This document shows positions 1 to 8,989 of a stretch of DNA of 62,414 bases, one piece after another. The stretch comes from Pseudomonadota bacterium (GTDB lineage: Bacteria; Bdellovibrionota_B; Oligoflexia; Oligoflexales; CAIYRB01). The stretch covers positions 1 to 62,414 of the forward strand of contig JANOTL010000048.1 of NCBI GenBank assembly GCA_031416315.1. The letters are read 5' to 3'. The translations under genes and the position numbers were made by a program. The notes under the pieces were generated by a model. That model made no database searches, was not told where the DNA came from, and worked only from the letters and a program-made list of their open reading frames with translations. How positions within the stretch are numbered: the first letter of the stretch is position 1; each line of letters starts with the position of its first letter.

Positions 1-1
1 C

Positions 2-535
2 ACCGCCGCCACGGCCTTCGCCGCCACGGCCGCCGCCGCCGTCGCGAGCGACGGTCACGCGCCCGACTGGGTGCGCGTCGGCCCGGTCGGGGGCGCCAGC
101 GCCCGCGACGCCGCGCCGCCGGCCGCGACCTCCGCCGACTCCTCGTACTTGGACGCCGACGCCTTCATCAAGGACACGGGCCTCGCGGGTTTTCACGTCG
201 TGCCCCTGAGCGAGATTTTCCGCCCCGAGGCCGAAGGCGGACCGCCCCGCGCCGCGACCGGGGCCGGCGTCGAGCTCGACTCGACCACGCTCGCCGACAT
301 CTACGCCGGCCAGGGCCATTACGCGAAGGCGCTCGCCGTCTACCGGCGTCTCCTGCGCCTCACGCCGGGCAACGACCTCCTTCGGCGCAAGGTCGCCGAG
401 CTGGCGCGGCTCGAGCGCGAGCAGAAGAACGTCGACCTCACCATCGATCCGAGCGTCGTCGACCGCATGGAGACGGTGGAGATCCTCGACCGCCAGATCA
501 GGTTCTACAACGACCTTTTGAGCCGTCTTCTATGA
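2..535 (+). CDS. TPR-containing protein, C-terminal part (5' truncated by window)
   Basis: Frame is open from base 2. TPR-like segment TLADIYAGQGHYAKALAVYRRLLRLTPGND; stop overlaps the aroQ start (ATGA). Confidence 0.7.
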   Translation, partial: TAATAFAATAAAAVASDGHAPDWVRVGPVGGASARDAAPPAATSADSSYLDADAFIKDTGLAGFHVVPLSEIFRPEAEGGPPRAATGAGVELDSTTLADIYAGQGHYAKALAVYRRLLRLTPGNDLLRRKVAELARLEREQKNVDLTIDPSVVDRMETVEILDRQIRFYNDLLSRLL

Positions 536-981
536 AGATCCTCGTGATGCACGGCGTGAACCTCGACCTGCTCGGCAAGCGGGAGGCCGAGCACTACGGC
601 ACGCAAACGCTCGCCACGATCAACAAGAAGCTCGAGGCGCTCGTGCCGCAGCTCGCCAAAGCCGCCGGGATCAAGGGCGAGGTCGAGCTCACTTTTTTTC
701 AGACCAACATCGAGGCCGAGTTCCTGGCGAAGCTCGGCGAGGGCTTCGACGGCGCCGTCTTGAATCCCGCCGCTTGGACCCATACCTCGATCGCGCTCGC
801 CGACCGCCTGAAAGCCCTGGGCTTACCCTTTGCCGAGGCCCACCTGTCGAATATCGCGGCGCGCGAGGACTTTCGTCACAAGAGCTACGCCGCTCCGCAT
901 GCGCGCGGCGTCGTTTTCGGTTTTGGCTTCGGCTCTTATGCGGCTGCGCTCTTCGGGCTCCTGCTCTCGCTCAAAGCTTGA
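532..981 (+). CDS. aroQ: type II 3-dehydroquinate dehydratase
   Basis: Motifs HGVNLDLLGKRE..HYG, FQTN.E, LNPAAWTHTS, EAHLSNI.AREDFRHKSY, GFG..SY. Confidence 0.95.
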   Translation: MKILVMHGVNLDLLGKREAEHYGTQTLATINKKLEALVPQLAKAAGIKGEVELTFFQTNIEAEFLAKLGEGFDGAVLNPAAWTHTSIALADRLKALGLPFAEAHLSNIAAREDFRHKSYAAPHARGVVFGFGFGSYAAALFGLLLSLKA

Positions 982-1615
982 TCCAGCTCCAATTGGAGCC
1001 TGAAAGCTGGCCGCCGGCCGCCCGCTCGCGCCGGTAGCTGTGCCAGCGCTCGTCGCGCACGGTGCAAACGGGGCTGGCCTCGATCGCGTCGGGCGGCATG
1101 CCAGCCGCTACCGCCTGCAAAGTCGCGACGAGCGCAAGGTCGACGTGCCAGCGGTCGCCCTCGCCCCGCTCGCATGCGGTCGGCCAGTGCGCTTGGAACT
1201 GCGAGGCAAGCTCTGGGCCAACCTCGAAGCTCGCACGCGAGATGGCGGGACCAATCGCCATCAGCAGCGCCTGTGCCGGCACGCCGTGCTCCGCGGCATG
1301 AGCGATCGCCCGCGGTACCATTCCTGCAAGGACCCCGCGCCAACCGGCGTGCACGGCGAGCACGAGGCGCCGCTGCCGATCGGCGAGGAGCACCGGCAGA
1401 CAGTCCGCGGTGCGCACGGCAACCGTCGCTCCGGGGCGCCGCGAGCACATCCCATCAGCTTCGACGCCGTCGGCGGCCAACGCCTCGCGCTCGACGATGA
1501 GCGTGCCGTGCACCTGCTTCAAGCGGGGCACGCCTGGGGCGAAGCCGACCCCGTCGAACCCATGTTCGAAACCCGCCCGAAGCAAGAGCGAAGCCTGGCG
1601 CGGGATGGCAGTCAC
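971..1615 (-). CDS. pgeF: YfiH/PgeF family purine nucleoside phosphorylase / peptidoglycan editing factor (laccase domain)
   Basis: Motifs LKQVHG, EADG, VRTADCLPVL, HAGWRG, IGPAI, FEVG, CT.....HSYRR. Confidence 0.93.
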   Translation of the reverse strand: MTAIPRQASLLLRAGFEHGFDGVGFAPGVPRLKQVHGTLIVEREALAADGVEADGMCSRRPGATVAVRTADCLPVLLADRQRRLVLAVHAGWRGVLAGMVPRAIAHAAEHGVPAQALLMAIGPAISRASFEVGPELASQFQAHWPTACERGEGDRWHVDLALVATLQAVAAGMPPDAIEASPVCTVRDERWHSYRRERAAGGQLSGSNWSWIKL

Positions 1616-1722
1616 TAGCTAGGTGCCTTTCCTAAGTGCGGAGACTCGCAGCAGAAGTCGCTTTTTGGAGACTTTCCAAATCACGCGCAAAACTATGATT
1701 ACATAGAATTATTCATGTGATC

Positions 1723-1749
1723 TTTAGTTTTTCGCCCGAACGCCGATGG
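1723..1749 (+). promoter_or_regulatory. candidate sigma28 (FliA) promoter
   Basis: TTTAGTTT-N11-GCCGATGG versus consensus TAAAGTTT-N11-GCCGATAA; ends 29 bp upstream of ATG 1779. Confidence 0.55.
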
Positions 1750-1778
1750 CAAGTCTATCACGAGAGCGGGGACCGTGA

Positions 1779-3248
1779 ATGAACACAAAGCCATTGGGTA
1801 GCGAGCAAGGTCAGAGAGCCCTCGTCGTCGACGACGACGAGATTGCTCGCAACTTGATCGCCAACTATCTCAACAAGTCAGGCTACGAGATCATTCACCA
1901 CGAGAATGGTGAAGAGGCTTGGGAAGCCGTAAGAGAGAGTCACTTCGACCTCATCGTGCTCGATTGGAAGCTGCCAGGCCTGAGCGGCCTCGCGCTCTTC
2001 AACCGCATCCGCACCCTCGAAGCCTATCGGACGACGCCCATCCTCGTCGTCTCGGGCTTTCTCGAGAAGTTCGACTTCCGCCTCCTGCAAGAGTTCCCGT
2101 GTACGTCGCTGATGGAGAAGCCCTTCACCAAGGTGCTCTTCCAAAACCGTATCGAGGAGCTCGGCCGCGAGAAGGTCTGGTACGGCCAGAACCTCGCGCT
2201 GATCGACACGCTCGTGCAAGCGGTCGAGCGCGACGCGAAGAAGGCCGAGGCGCTCGTGAAGCAGGTGCTGAAGAGCGCTCCGAACCCGATCCCGCTGGCG
2301 CTCATCGCCGCCCGCCGCCTCGTCAAGGACCGGATGGTGAAGAGCGCCGAGGCGATCCTGCGCTCCGTCCTGAAGGTCGACGACGGCTGCATCATTGCGA
2401 TGAACGAGCTCGGCAAGGCTCTGCACTTTCAAGGCAAGCACAAGCAGGCGATCGACGTCCTGCGCGAGGCCAACAAGCTCTCGCCGCAGAACTTGAACCG
2501 CTTGTGCCTCATGGGCGAGGTCGAGCTCAATCTGAAAGACCCGGATTCCGCGAAAGCCTACTTCGCGAAGGCGCTCTCCCTCGACGCCGACCATCCGGTC
2601 GCGCAATCCGGCATCGTCGTCGCCGATAACATGAAATCCCTCCTCTCGACGCCGAGCGCGGCGCACTTGACTCTGTCCTTCGCCTCGATCCTCAATACGA
2701 GCGGCATCGCCCTCGTCCGCACGGGTCAATATCAGAAAGGCATCGACCAATATCGGTCGGCGATGAACTTCCTGCACTCTTCGTCGGACGCCGCGCGCGT
2801 CGCCTTCAACCTCGGCCTCGGCTTTTTGCGCTGGGGTAAACCGACCGACGCGCTCCCTTGGTTCCAGCGCTCGGAGAAGCTCTCGCCCAAGGGATTCGGC
2901 AAATCTGCGGCCTATATCGCCGTCTTGCTCGAGCGCGGCGGCGTCACGTATCCCAACGAGCTGCCCGACGAGGCGATCTTCGCCAACGTGCGCGAGACCG
3001 GCGTCGACGCCGGCGCCGCCAAGAAAAAGCGCGGCACGGTGCACGCCGACGACGAGTCGATCGACAACGTCATCCCGTTCCCGGCCGGCGGCAAGGACGA
3101 GAGCGAGAAGAAAAAACGCGAAGAGGACATCGAGGACGAGCGCGTCGGCACGACGCACGAGGTCGTGCTGTCCGGCCTATCGCTCGAGATGGGTGAAGTG
3201 GGCGAGCCCGAAGGCGAGAAGGACCGGGTCCTCGGGCTTAGCGTTTAG
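1779..3248 (+). CDS. response regulator receiver + TPR repeat protein
   Basis: N-terminal REC domain (LVVDDD, LIVLDWKLPGLSG, MEKPF), then several TPR helical pairs and an acidic tail. Confidence 0.88.
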   Translation: MNTKPLGSEQGQRALVVDDDEIARNLIANYLNKSGYEIIHHENGEEAWEAVRESHFDLIVLDWKLPGLSGLALFNRIRTLEAYRTTPILVVSGFLEKFDFRLLQEFPCTSLMEKPFTKVLFQNRIEELGREKVWYGQNLALIDTLVQAVERDAKKAEALVKQVLKSAPNPIPLALIAARRLVKDRMVKSAEAILRSVLKVDDGCIIAMNELGKALHFQGKHKQAIDVLREANKLSPQNLNRLCLMGEVELNLKDPDSAKAYFAKALSLDADHPVAQSGIVVADNMKSLLSTPSAAHLTLSFASILNTSGIALVRTGQYQKGIDQYRSAMNFLHSSSDAARVAFNLGLGFLRWGKPTDALPWFQRSEKLSPKGFGKSAAYIAVLLERGGVTYPNELPDEAIFANVRETGVDAGAAKKKRGTVHADDESIDNVIPFPAGGKDESEKKKREEDIEDERVGTTHEVVLSGLSLEMGEVGEPEGEKDRVLGLSV

Positions 3249-4878
3249 TCGTTTGCGCCTCTGCGGGCAAGCGCCCGTAGAGCTCCGTCAAAGCTCGCAT
3301 TCTCTCCGCCAAGCTCGTGTTCAATGCGCCGGCCGGAACGCGGTAGACCCAGTTCCCGGTCGCGACGCCTGGCACGTTCATACGTGCCTTCGCCCCTTCG
3401 CCGAGCCAGTCCTGAATCGGCAGGACGCACAGCCGCGACCGGGAGAAGAGCGCAGCCCGCGCTAGGTCGTCCGCCACGCGTGCGGGCACCGTGCCGAGAT
3501 AAAGGCGGACGCGCTCGAGCTCCTGCGCCGCCGCGAGCTTGGCCTTGCCCTTGCCGGTCTTCGCCCGCGCTTCCAGCTCTTCGAGCCAGCCCCGGGTCGT
3601 CGGGTTATCGTGCGTTCCCGTGTAGACCGCGCTGTTTTCCGGCAAGGCGTGCGCGCGGTGATGCATCGCTTCCTCCGTGCCGTCGAAGCCGAACTGCAGG
3701 ACCTTCATCCCCGCAAGCCCATACTTGTCGCGCAGGGCGCGGACCTCCGGCACGACCGCCCCCAGGTCCTCCGCGATGAACGGTAGCTCGGGGCGACGCG
3801 ACGCGAGCCGCGCGAACAGCTGATCGCCGCGCGCCGGCCGCCAGGCGCCGCCCCGCGCGTTTTTCGCCTTCGCCGGGATCTCCCAGTAGCGGTAAAAGCC
3901 GATGAAGTGGTCGAGGCGCACCGAGTCGAAGAGCTTGAGCGTTTGATCGATGCGCTTGACCCAGAAGTCGAAGCCTTCCTTCTCCAGCGCGTCCCAGTCG
4001 TAGAGCGCGTTGCCCCAGAGCTGTCCGTCCGCGTTGAAAGAGTCCGGCGGACACCCGGCGACCACGGTCGGCTTGCCGATCGCGTCGAGCCGGAAGAAGC
4101 GGCGCGCTGCCCAGACGTCGGCGCTGCGGCAGGAGACGAAGATCGGCAGATCGCCGACGAGGCCGATGCCTTTCGCCTTGGCGTGCTTGCGCAGCTCGGC
4201 CCACTGCCGGGCGAACTGGAACTGCACGAAAGAGAGGTAGCTGCGCTCGGCCGCGAGATCCTGGGCGGCGCGACGCATCGCCTCGGGCTCGCGGTCGCGC
4301 AGGGCGGCGGGCCAAACGGTGAAGTCGGCGGTCTCGAACTTCGCCGTCAACGCGGCGAAGAGCGTGTAGTCGTCGAGCCAGGCCTTCTCGTCTTCGACAA
4401 AGGCCTCGAAGGCGGCGCGCTCCCGCCAGCCCTTGCCGGCGGCGCCGAGGGCGCGCTCGGAGGCGAGCCTGAGGCGCTCGTTACGGAACTTGCGCGCTTT
4501 GGCGTAGTCGACCTTGCGCGCGTTCTTCGCGCCCGCGGGCGCCGCGATCTCCGCTTTCGACAAGAGGCCCGACCTGGCCAAAAGCTCCAGGCTGACAAGC
4601 ATCGGCTCGCCGGCGAAAGACGATATCGTCGAGTACGGCGAGAAGCCGTCGCCGATCGGATTGACGGGCAGCATCTGCCAGAGGCTCTGGCCGGCGGCGG
4701 TGAGGAAGTCGACGAAAGCGTGCGCGGCGGGACCGAGATCGCCGAGAAAATGGGGCCCACCGAGCGAGCTCAGGTGGCAGAGCACGCCGGCTACGCGGGG
4801 AGATTCTTGCTTCAAATCAAAGTCCGTCGAGAAGTGGTCAGTTCGACCGAATCGTTTGGAAGTAGAACTCGCCGCCAC
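3238..4878 (-). CDS. malQ: 4-alpha-glucanotransferase (amylomaltase, GH77)
   Basis: Motifs GVLCHLSSL, WQMLP, SPYS, GDLPIFV, GQLWGN, RLDHFIG, IAEDLG, YTGTHDN, RMNVPG..GNW. Start uncertain (overlaps the degP 3' end by 41 bp). Confidence 0.95.
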   Translation of the reverse strand: MAASSTSKRFGRTDHFSTDFDLKQESPRVAGVLCHLSSLGGPHFLGDLGPAAHAFVDFLTAAGQSLWQMLPVNPIGDGFSPYSTISSFAGEPMLVSLELLARSGLLSKAEIAAPAGAKNARKVDYAKARKFRNERLRLASERALGAAGKGWRERAAFEAFVEDEKAWLDDYTLFAALTAKFETADFTVWPAALRDREPEAMRRAAQDLAAERSYLSFVQFQFARQWAELRKHAKAKGIGLVGDLPIFVSCRSADVWAARRFFRLDAIGKPTVVAGCPPDSFNADGQLWGNALYDWDALEKEGFDFWVKRIDQTLKLFDSVRLDHFIGFYRYWEIPAKAKNARGGAWRPARGDQLFARLASRRPELPFIAEDLGAVVPEVRALRDKYGLAGMKVLQFGFDGTEEAMHHRAHALPENSAVYTGTHDNPTTRGWLEELEARAKTGKGKAKLAAAQELERVRLYLGTVPARVADDLARAALFSRSRLCVLPIQDWLGEGAKARMNVPGVATGNWVYRVPAGALNTSLAERMRALTELYGRLPAEAQTTKR

Positions 4879-6370
4879 GCTCGAGCCAGACCAGGACGCG
4901 GTCTTTGCCCTTCGCCAATTTTTTCAGCTCGCCTTCCGACTCGACCTTCTTGCCGTCGGCCTTCAGGATCAGGTCGCCTGCGCGCAGACCGGCGCGCTCG
5001 GCCGGGCTTCCCGGCTCGATGCCGGTGACCAGCGCGCCCTTTTTCGACTCGAGCCCGTGCTTCTTCTGCAAGGCCGGGGTCAAGGTCGCGAGCCCCATGC
5101 CGAAGATTCCGCCTTTGGTCGCCGGCTCGTCAGGAGTGCGGCCGCCGGCGCCCGCCTCCTCGCTCGAGCCCTCGTCCTCGGGGTGCTTACCGATCTTGAC
5201 GTTGGCGAGCTTCTTCGCGCCCTCGCGCAGGATCGAGAGTTTCACCTCGGTGCCGGGCCGCATGAGGCCGATCGTGTTCACGACCTCGCTATTGTCCTTC
5301 ATCGGCACGCCGTTCACTTCGTACACGACGTCGCCGGCCTCGACGTCGCCCTGGTCGGCTGGGCTGCCCGGCGCGACTTTCGCCACCAGCGCGCCGCCGC
5401 GGAAGTCGGCCGGCAAATTGAGGCCGCCGCGGAGGTCCTCGTCGATCGGCTGCAGGAAGACGCCGAGATAGCCGCGGCCGAAGTGACCGCTGGTAATGAG
5501 CTGCTCGGCGACCTGCTTCACCAGGTTCGCGGGCACGGCGAAGCCGATGCCGTTGTAGGCGCCGCTGCGCGAGTAGATCGCGGTGTTCATGGCGATGACT
5601 TGGCCGTTCATGCCCAAGAGCGGGCCGCCGGAGTTTCCGGGGTTGATCGCTGCGTCGGTCTGGATGAAGTTGCCGAACTTGGCGATGTCGAGGTTGCCGC
5701 GGCCGACGGCCGACACGACGCCGAACGACAGGCTCGCCTCGAGACCGAAGGGGGCGCCGAGCGCGACGACGAAGTCGCCGACCGTCACCTGGTCGGAGTT
5801 GCCGAGGGCGAGCGCGCCTAAGCCTTCCTTCGGGAAGTCTAGGTCCTTGATCTGCACGACGGCGACGTCGGTGTTGGCGTCGCGGCCGACGACTTTGCCC
5901 TCGTAGCTCTTGCCGTTGGCGAGCTTCAACTGGATCTCGTCCGCGCCGGCGACGACGTGGTTGTTGGTGATCACGTAGCCTTTGGCGAGGTCGACGATGA
6001 AGCCGGAGCCCAGCCCGCCCTCGCGGCGCTGCCCCGGATCGCCCTGGCCGCCGCGGCGCTGCGGCGGCCTTTGCTGCCGGCCTTGTTGATCGTCCTCGCC
6101 TTGCGGCGGCGGCCCGCCACGCGAGCCGGGCCCGAAGAAGAACTCGAACGGATCGATTTGGCCGTAAGGATTCGCCTTCGTCGCCTTGAAGACCGAGACG
6201 AAGACGATCGCCTTGTTGGCGTCCTTCGCGATCGCGGCGACTCCCTTCGAGAGCTTCTGCAGCTCGGCGACGTTGTCGTCACGCGGAGGCATCGGCGTCG
6301 TCGGGAAGGTGTAGGCGGCCGCCTGGGCGGAAAAGGCGAGAGCGAGCGCGAGGAGCAGAAGCTTGCGCAT
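4838..6370 (-). CDS. degP: Do/DegP family periplasmic serine protease with two PDZ domains
   Basis: Signal peptide MRKLLLLALALAFSAQAAA; GLGSGFI, ITNNHVV, DVAVV, FIQTDAAINPGNSGGPL, GIGFAVP; two PDZ (GSPA...G) domains. Start reassigned to ATG 6370. Confidence 0.93.
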   Translation of the reverse strand: MRKLLLLALALAFSAQAAAYTFPTTPMPPRDDNVAELQKLSKGVAAIAKDANKAIVFVSVFKATKANPYGQIDPFEFFFGPGSRGGPPPQGEDDQQGRQQRPPQRRGGQGDPGQRREGGLGSGFIVDLAKGYVITNNHVVAGADEIQLKLANGKSYEGKVVGRDANTDVAVVQIKDLDFPKEGLGALALGNSDQVTVGDFVVALGAPFGLEASLSFGVVSAVGRGNLDIAKFGNFIQTDAAINPGNSGGPLLGMNGQVIAMNTAIYSRSGAYNGIGFAVPANLVKQVAEQLITSGHFGRGYLGVFLQPIDEDLRGGLNLPADFRGGALVAKVAPGSPADQGDVEAGDVVYEVNGVPMKDNSEVVNTIGLMRPGTEVKLSILREGAKKLANVKIGKHPEDEGSSEEAGAGGRTPDEPATKGGIFGMGLATLTPALQKKHGLESKKGALVTGIEPGSPAERAGLRAGDLILKADGKKVESEGELKKLAKGKDRVLVWLERGGEFYFQTIRSN

Positions 6371-6458
6371 GATCTGGAAACCCCCGAAAAACGTTCTGAC
6401 GGCGCTATTGTAAGCACCGCCAACGTCCTGAGGGCAATGGTAATTTTTAGTTCCCGCT

Positions 6459-6556
6459 TTCGCGCCCATCGCGCCTTTGCGCCCTTCGCGTTGGGACTCC
6501 TTCTTGAAGAAGAGGGAGAATCAACGCGAAGGGCGCGAAGGCGCGAAGAGCGCGAA
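6459..6556. repeat. intergenic inverted repeat with arms built of 8-9 bp tandem units (REP/MITE-like)
   Basis: Left arm 6459-6493 TTCGCGCCC ATCGCGCC TTTGCGCCC TTCGCGTTG; right arm 6522-6556 is its reverse complement with 3 mismatches in 35 bp; followed by G10 at 6559-6568. Confidence 0.85.
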
Positions 6557-6568
6557 GAGGGGGGGGGG

Positions 6569-7534
6569 CTAGTTGAAGATCCCCAGTTGATCCACCGAGG
6601 CGCCAAAATAAGCCTGCGGCTCCGACGGCGTAAATCCACCCGCCTCTTTCCGCGTAATGCAGCTCTTGACCGAGTCATAAAGGCCCTTCCACGTCGTCGC
6701 CTGCGGAAAGTTCTCGACGAGGCAGCCGTCCCAGTACGTGTACTCGTTCTCGGTGCCGCAGCCGAAGGAGGTGCGGTCGGCGCGCGCCGCCGTCAAAATG
6801 ATGCGGTTCGGCTTCTTCATCGCCGCGCTGTCGCTGAAGACCCCGGAGTAGCAAGCCGAGACGAGGACGACCGTCGGCCGCTCGCCGCAAGCTTCGGTGA
6901 GCATCTCATCGAGCTCTTCCGGCGAGAGCGTCTCGTCGCCGGCGAGGTAGAAGCCCTCGCGCGAGCCGTGGGAGGTCATGTGGACGAGGCAGCGATCGCT
7001 CGCGCCGAGGCCTAAGCCCGCGAGCGAGCTCTTGATCGTGTCACGGCTGGTCTTGTCGACGCCGCCGTCGCGCATCGACAGCTGCTTCAGGTTCTCCGCC
7101 TTTACGCCCTTGCCCGTGAAGAGCTCCGTGAGCTTGTTGCGGGCGTTGTCGAAGGCGTTGATGCTGTGGTCGCCGGTCATCAGCAGCCCCTTCCAGAGGC
7201 CCTGGCTCGGGTTCGGCTGCGTCGGCACCAAGACGCCGTCGGCACCTGAGCCGCTTGCGCCCGGGCTCGTCGCGCCGCCGCCGGTCTGGGGGGCAGTTCC
7301 CGGCTTGTATGGGTCGACGACGCTGCTCGGGCCCGTCGCATTTTGCGCGTTGCTGCCGTTCGCGCCGTTGCCGTTGCCGTTCGGCCGAATCCCGACCTGA
7401 TTCGCGCTGCCTTCCTTTCCGGCGGCGCCCTGCACCGGCCCAGCCTTACGCTGCGGCAGCTCCTGACTCGAGTCGCTGCCGCAAGCGACGACGTGAAGGG
7501 CAACGAGGATGAACACCGTGGGGGCAAAGCGCAT
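6569..7534 (-). CDS. C13 (legumain/caspase-fold) family cysteine peptidase lipoprotein
   Basis: Lipobox VVAC, G/N/S/P-rich linker, His-Cys dyad motifs VHMTSHG and VSACYSG, ILTAARADRTSFGC. Confidence 0.85.
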   Translation of the reverse strand: MRFAPTVFILVALHVVACGSDSSQELPQRKAGPVQGAAGKEGSANQVGIRPNGNGNGANGSNAQNATGPSSVVDPYKPGTAPQTGGGATSPGASGSGADGVLVPTQPNPSQGLWKGLLMTGDHSINAFDNARNKLTELFTGKGVKAENLKQLSMRDGGVDKTSRDTIKSSLAGLGLGASDRCLVHMTSHGSREGFYLAGDETLSPEELDEMLTEACGERPTVVLVSACYSGVFSDSAAMKKPNRIILTAARADRTSFGCGTENEYTYWDGCLVENFPQATTWKGLYDSVKSCITRKEAGGFTPSEPQAYFGASVDQLGIFN

Positions 7535-7563
7535 GGGAGCTCCAATCTGGATACCCTCCCTCT

Positions 7564-7579
7564 AGCAAGATCGATGCCG
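7564..7579 (-). promoter_or_regulatory. candidate sigma54 -24/-12 promoter
   Basis: Minus strand CGGCATCGATCTTGCT (GG-N10-GC), about 30 bp upstream of the C13 peptidase start. Confidence 0.55.
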
Positions 7580-7621
7580 TAATGATTTCAGTGTCTTACG
7601 GGGTGTGCCGGCGGCTAAGCC

Positions 7622-8941
7622 TTAGACATCGCCCGGCAAGCTGACCGCTACGACCGTGCCACGTCCCTCTCCCGCTCGACCGAAGCTGATCTCGCCGCCC
7701 ATCGCCTGAGTGAGCGCTTTCGCGATCGGGATGCCAAAGCCGGAGCCCACGCCCGGCTTCAAGGACGCCTCGTCGAAGCCCATCCCGTCGTCGCGCACGG
7801 TCAGACGGCAGCGGCCGCCGCCGAGGCTCTCGGCCTCGATCGCCACGGACCCGCCACGCGGCGTGAACTTCAGCGCGTTGCTGACGGCGTTCGCGAGCAC
7901 GTTGGTCACGGTAACGTCGCGGTCGCACAAACAGCGAGCGCCGCGCGGCGTCGCGTCGCGCACGATGAAGTCGATGCCGCGGTGTGCAGCCGTCGAGCGG
8001 AAGAGGTCATCGATCTCGTTCAAGAGGCTGGCGACCAGGACCGGCTCGACGTTGGTCTGGATGCGGCCGCGCTCCATAGACTCCCAGGTCCGAACGTTGT
8101 CGACGAGCCGCTCGATGCGCCCGATGGCGCGCCGCACGCGGTCCCGCGCCCCTTCGTCGAACGCGCCGAAATCACCGCGTACGACGCCTTTCACGACCGT
8201 CAGGTCGTTGCCCAGGTCGTGGACGACGGAGCGGACGAGCAAGGACTTCGTGTGCAGCGCGGTCTCTAGCTCGCGTGTCCGCGCCTCGACCTCGGCGTTC
8301 AGCCGGGCCTTCTCCATGAAATCGCGCTGCTCCCAGACGACGGCCGGCAGCAAGAGGCCGAGCGCGACGATCAAGAGCGTCGCCACGAGATAGCCGTAAG
8401 GCGCAATTTCGGGGTCGTTGCGGAGGAACGGATAGTCCATCATGTGCAGGGCGTAGAGCGTGAGGACGACCGTGGCCGCGTCGCAGATCGGACGCGACTC
8501 CGGCCGCCGGCAGGCGAGACGCCGGTAGACGAGCCAGATTGCGGGCGTCACCGCGCCGGACATCAGGACGAAGGCCCAGATCTCGAAGCGTGCGTCGCCG
8601 AAGAACAGCGCCGTCGCGACGATCAGCGCGCCAAAGTGCCAGTACGAGTGCCAGCGCGGCAGCGCTCCGAAACCGGAGATCGTGGCGACGAGCCCGATCG
8701 ACAGGCGCTCGGCGAGCACCGCGGACGCGTAACAGGCGAAGGTCGCGATCGTCGGGTCGCCCTCGCTCAGGCCGACGATCGCGACGCTCGCGGCGAGCGC
8801 CAGCCAATAATGGAAAATGCCGCGCAGATCCGTCTGGCGGCGGCGGAAGAGAAAGTAGCCGGAGACGCAGAGATTGACCGCGGTCAGCGTGACGGTAATC
8901 CAGACGATCAGTATGATCAGGCTGTCCAAATCTCGGTCCAT
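7622..8941 (-). CDS. multi-TM sensor histidine kinase (orphan)
   Basis: About 7 TM helices; H box VVHDLGNDL, N box NAVSNALKFT, G1 VRDDGMG, G2 GSGFG. Confidence 0.88.
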   Translation of the reverse strand: MDRDLDSLIILIVWITVTLTAVNLCVSGYFLFRRRQTDLRGIFHYWLALAASVAIVGLSEGDPTIATFACYASAVLAERLSIGLVATISGFGALPRWHSYWHFGALIVATALFFGDARFEIWAFVLMSGAVTPAIWLVYRRLACRRPESRPICDAATVVLTLYALHMMDYPFLRNDPEIAPYGYLVATLLIVALGLLLPAVVWEQRDFMEKARLNAEVEARTRELETALHTKSLLVRSVVHDLGNDLTVVKGVVRGDFGAFDEGARDRVRRAIGRIERLVDNVRTWESMERGRIQTNVEPVLVASLLNEIDDLFRSTAAHRGIDFIVRDATPRGARCLCDRDVTVTNVLANAVSNALKFTPRGGSVAIEAESLGGGRCRLTVRDDGMGFDEASLKPGVGSGFGIPIAKALTQAMGGEISFGRAGEGRGTVVAVSLPGDV

Positions 8942-8989
8942 GGCAAAAACGGTCTTGCGCTCGCTTGTCGCTTAGCCAGCGGTCGATTG

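Noticed and set aside
971..3248. Short convergent 3' overlaps (aroQ/pgeF, REC-TPR/malQ, 26337-26344)
   Set aside because: 8-11 bp tail-to-tail overlaps are common in compact GC-rich genomes.
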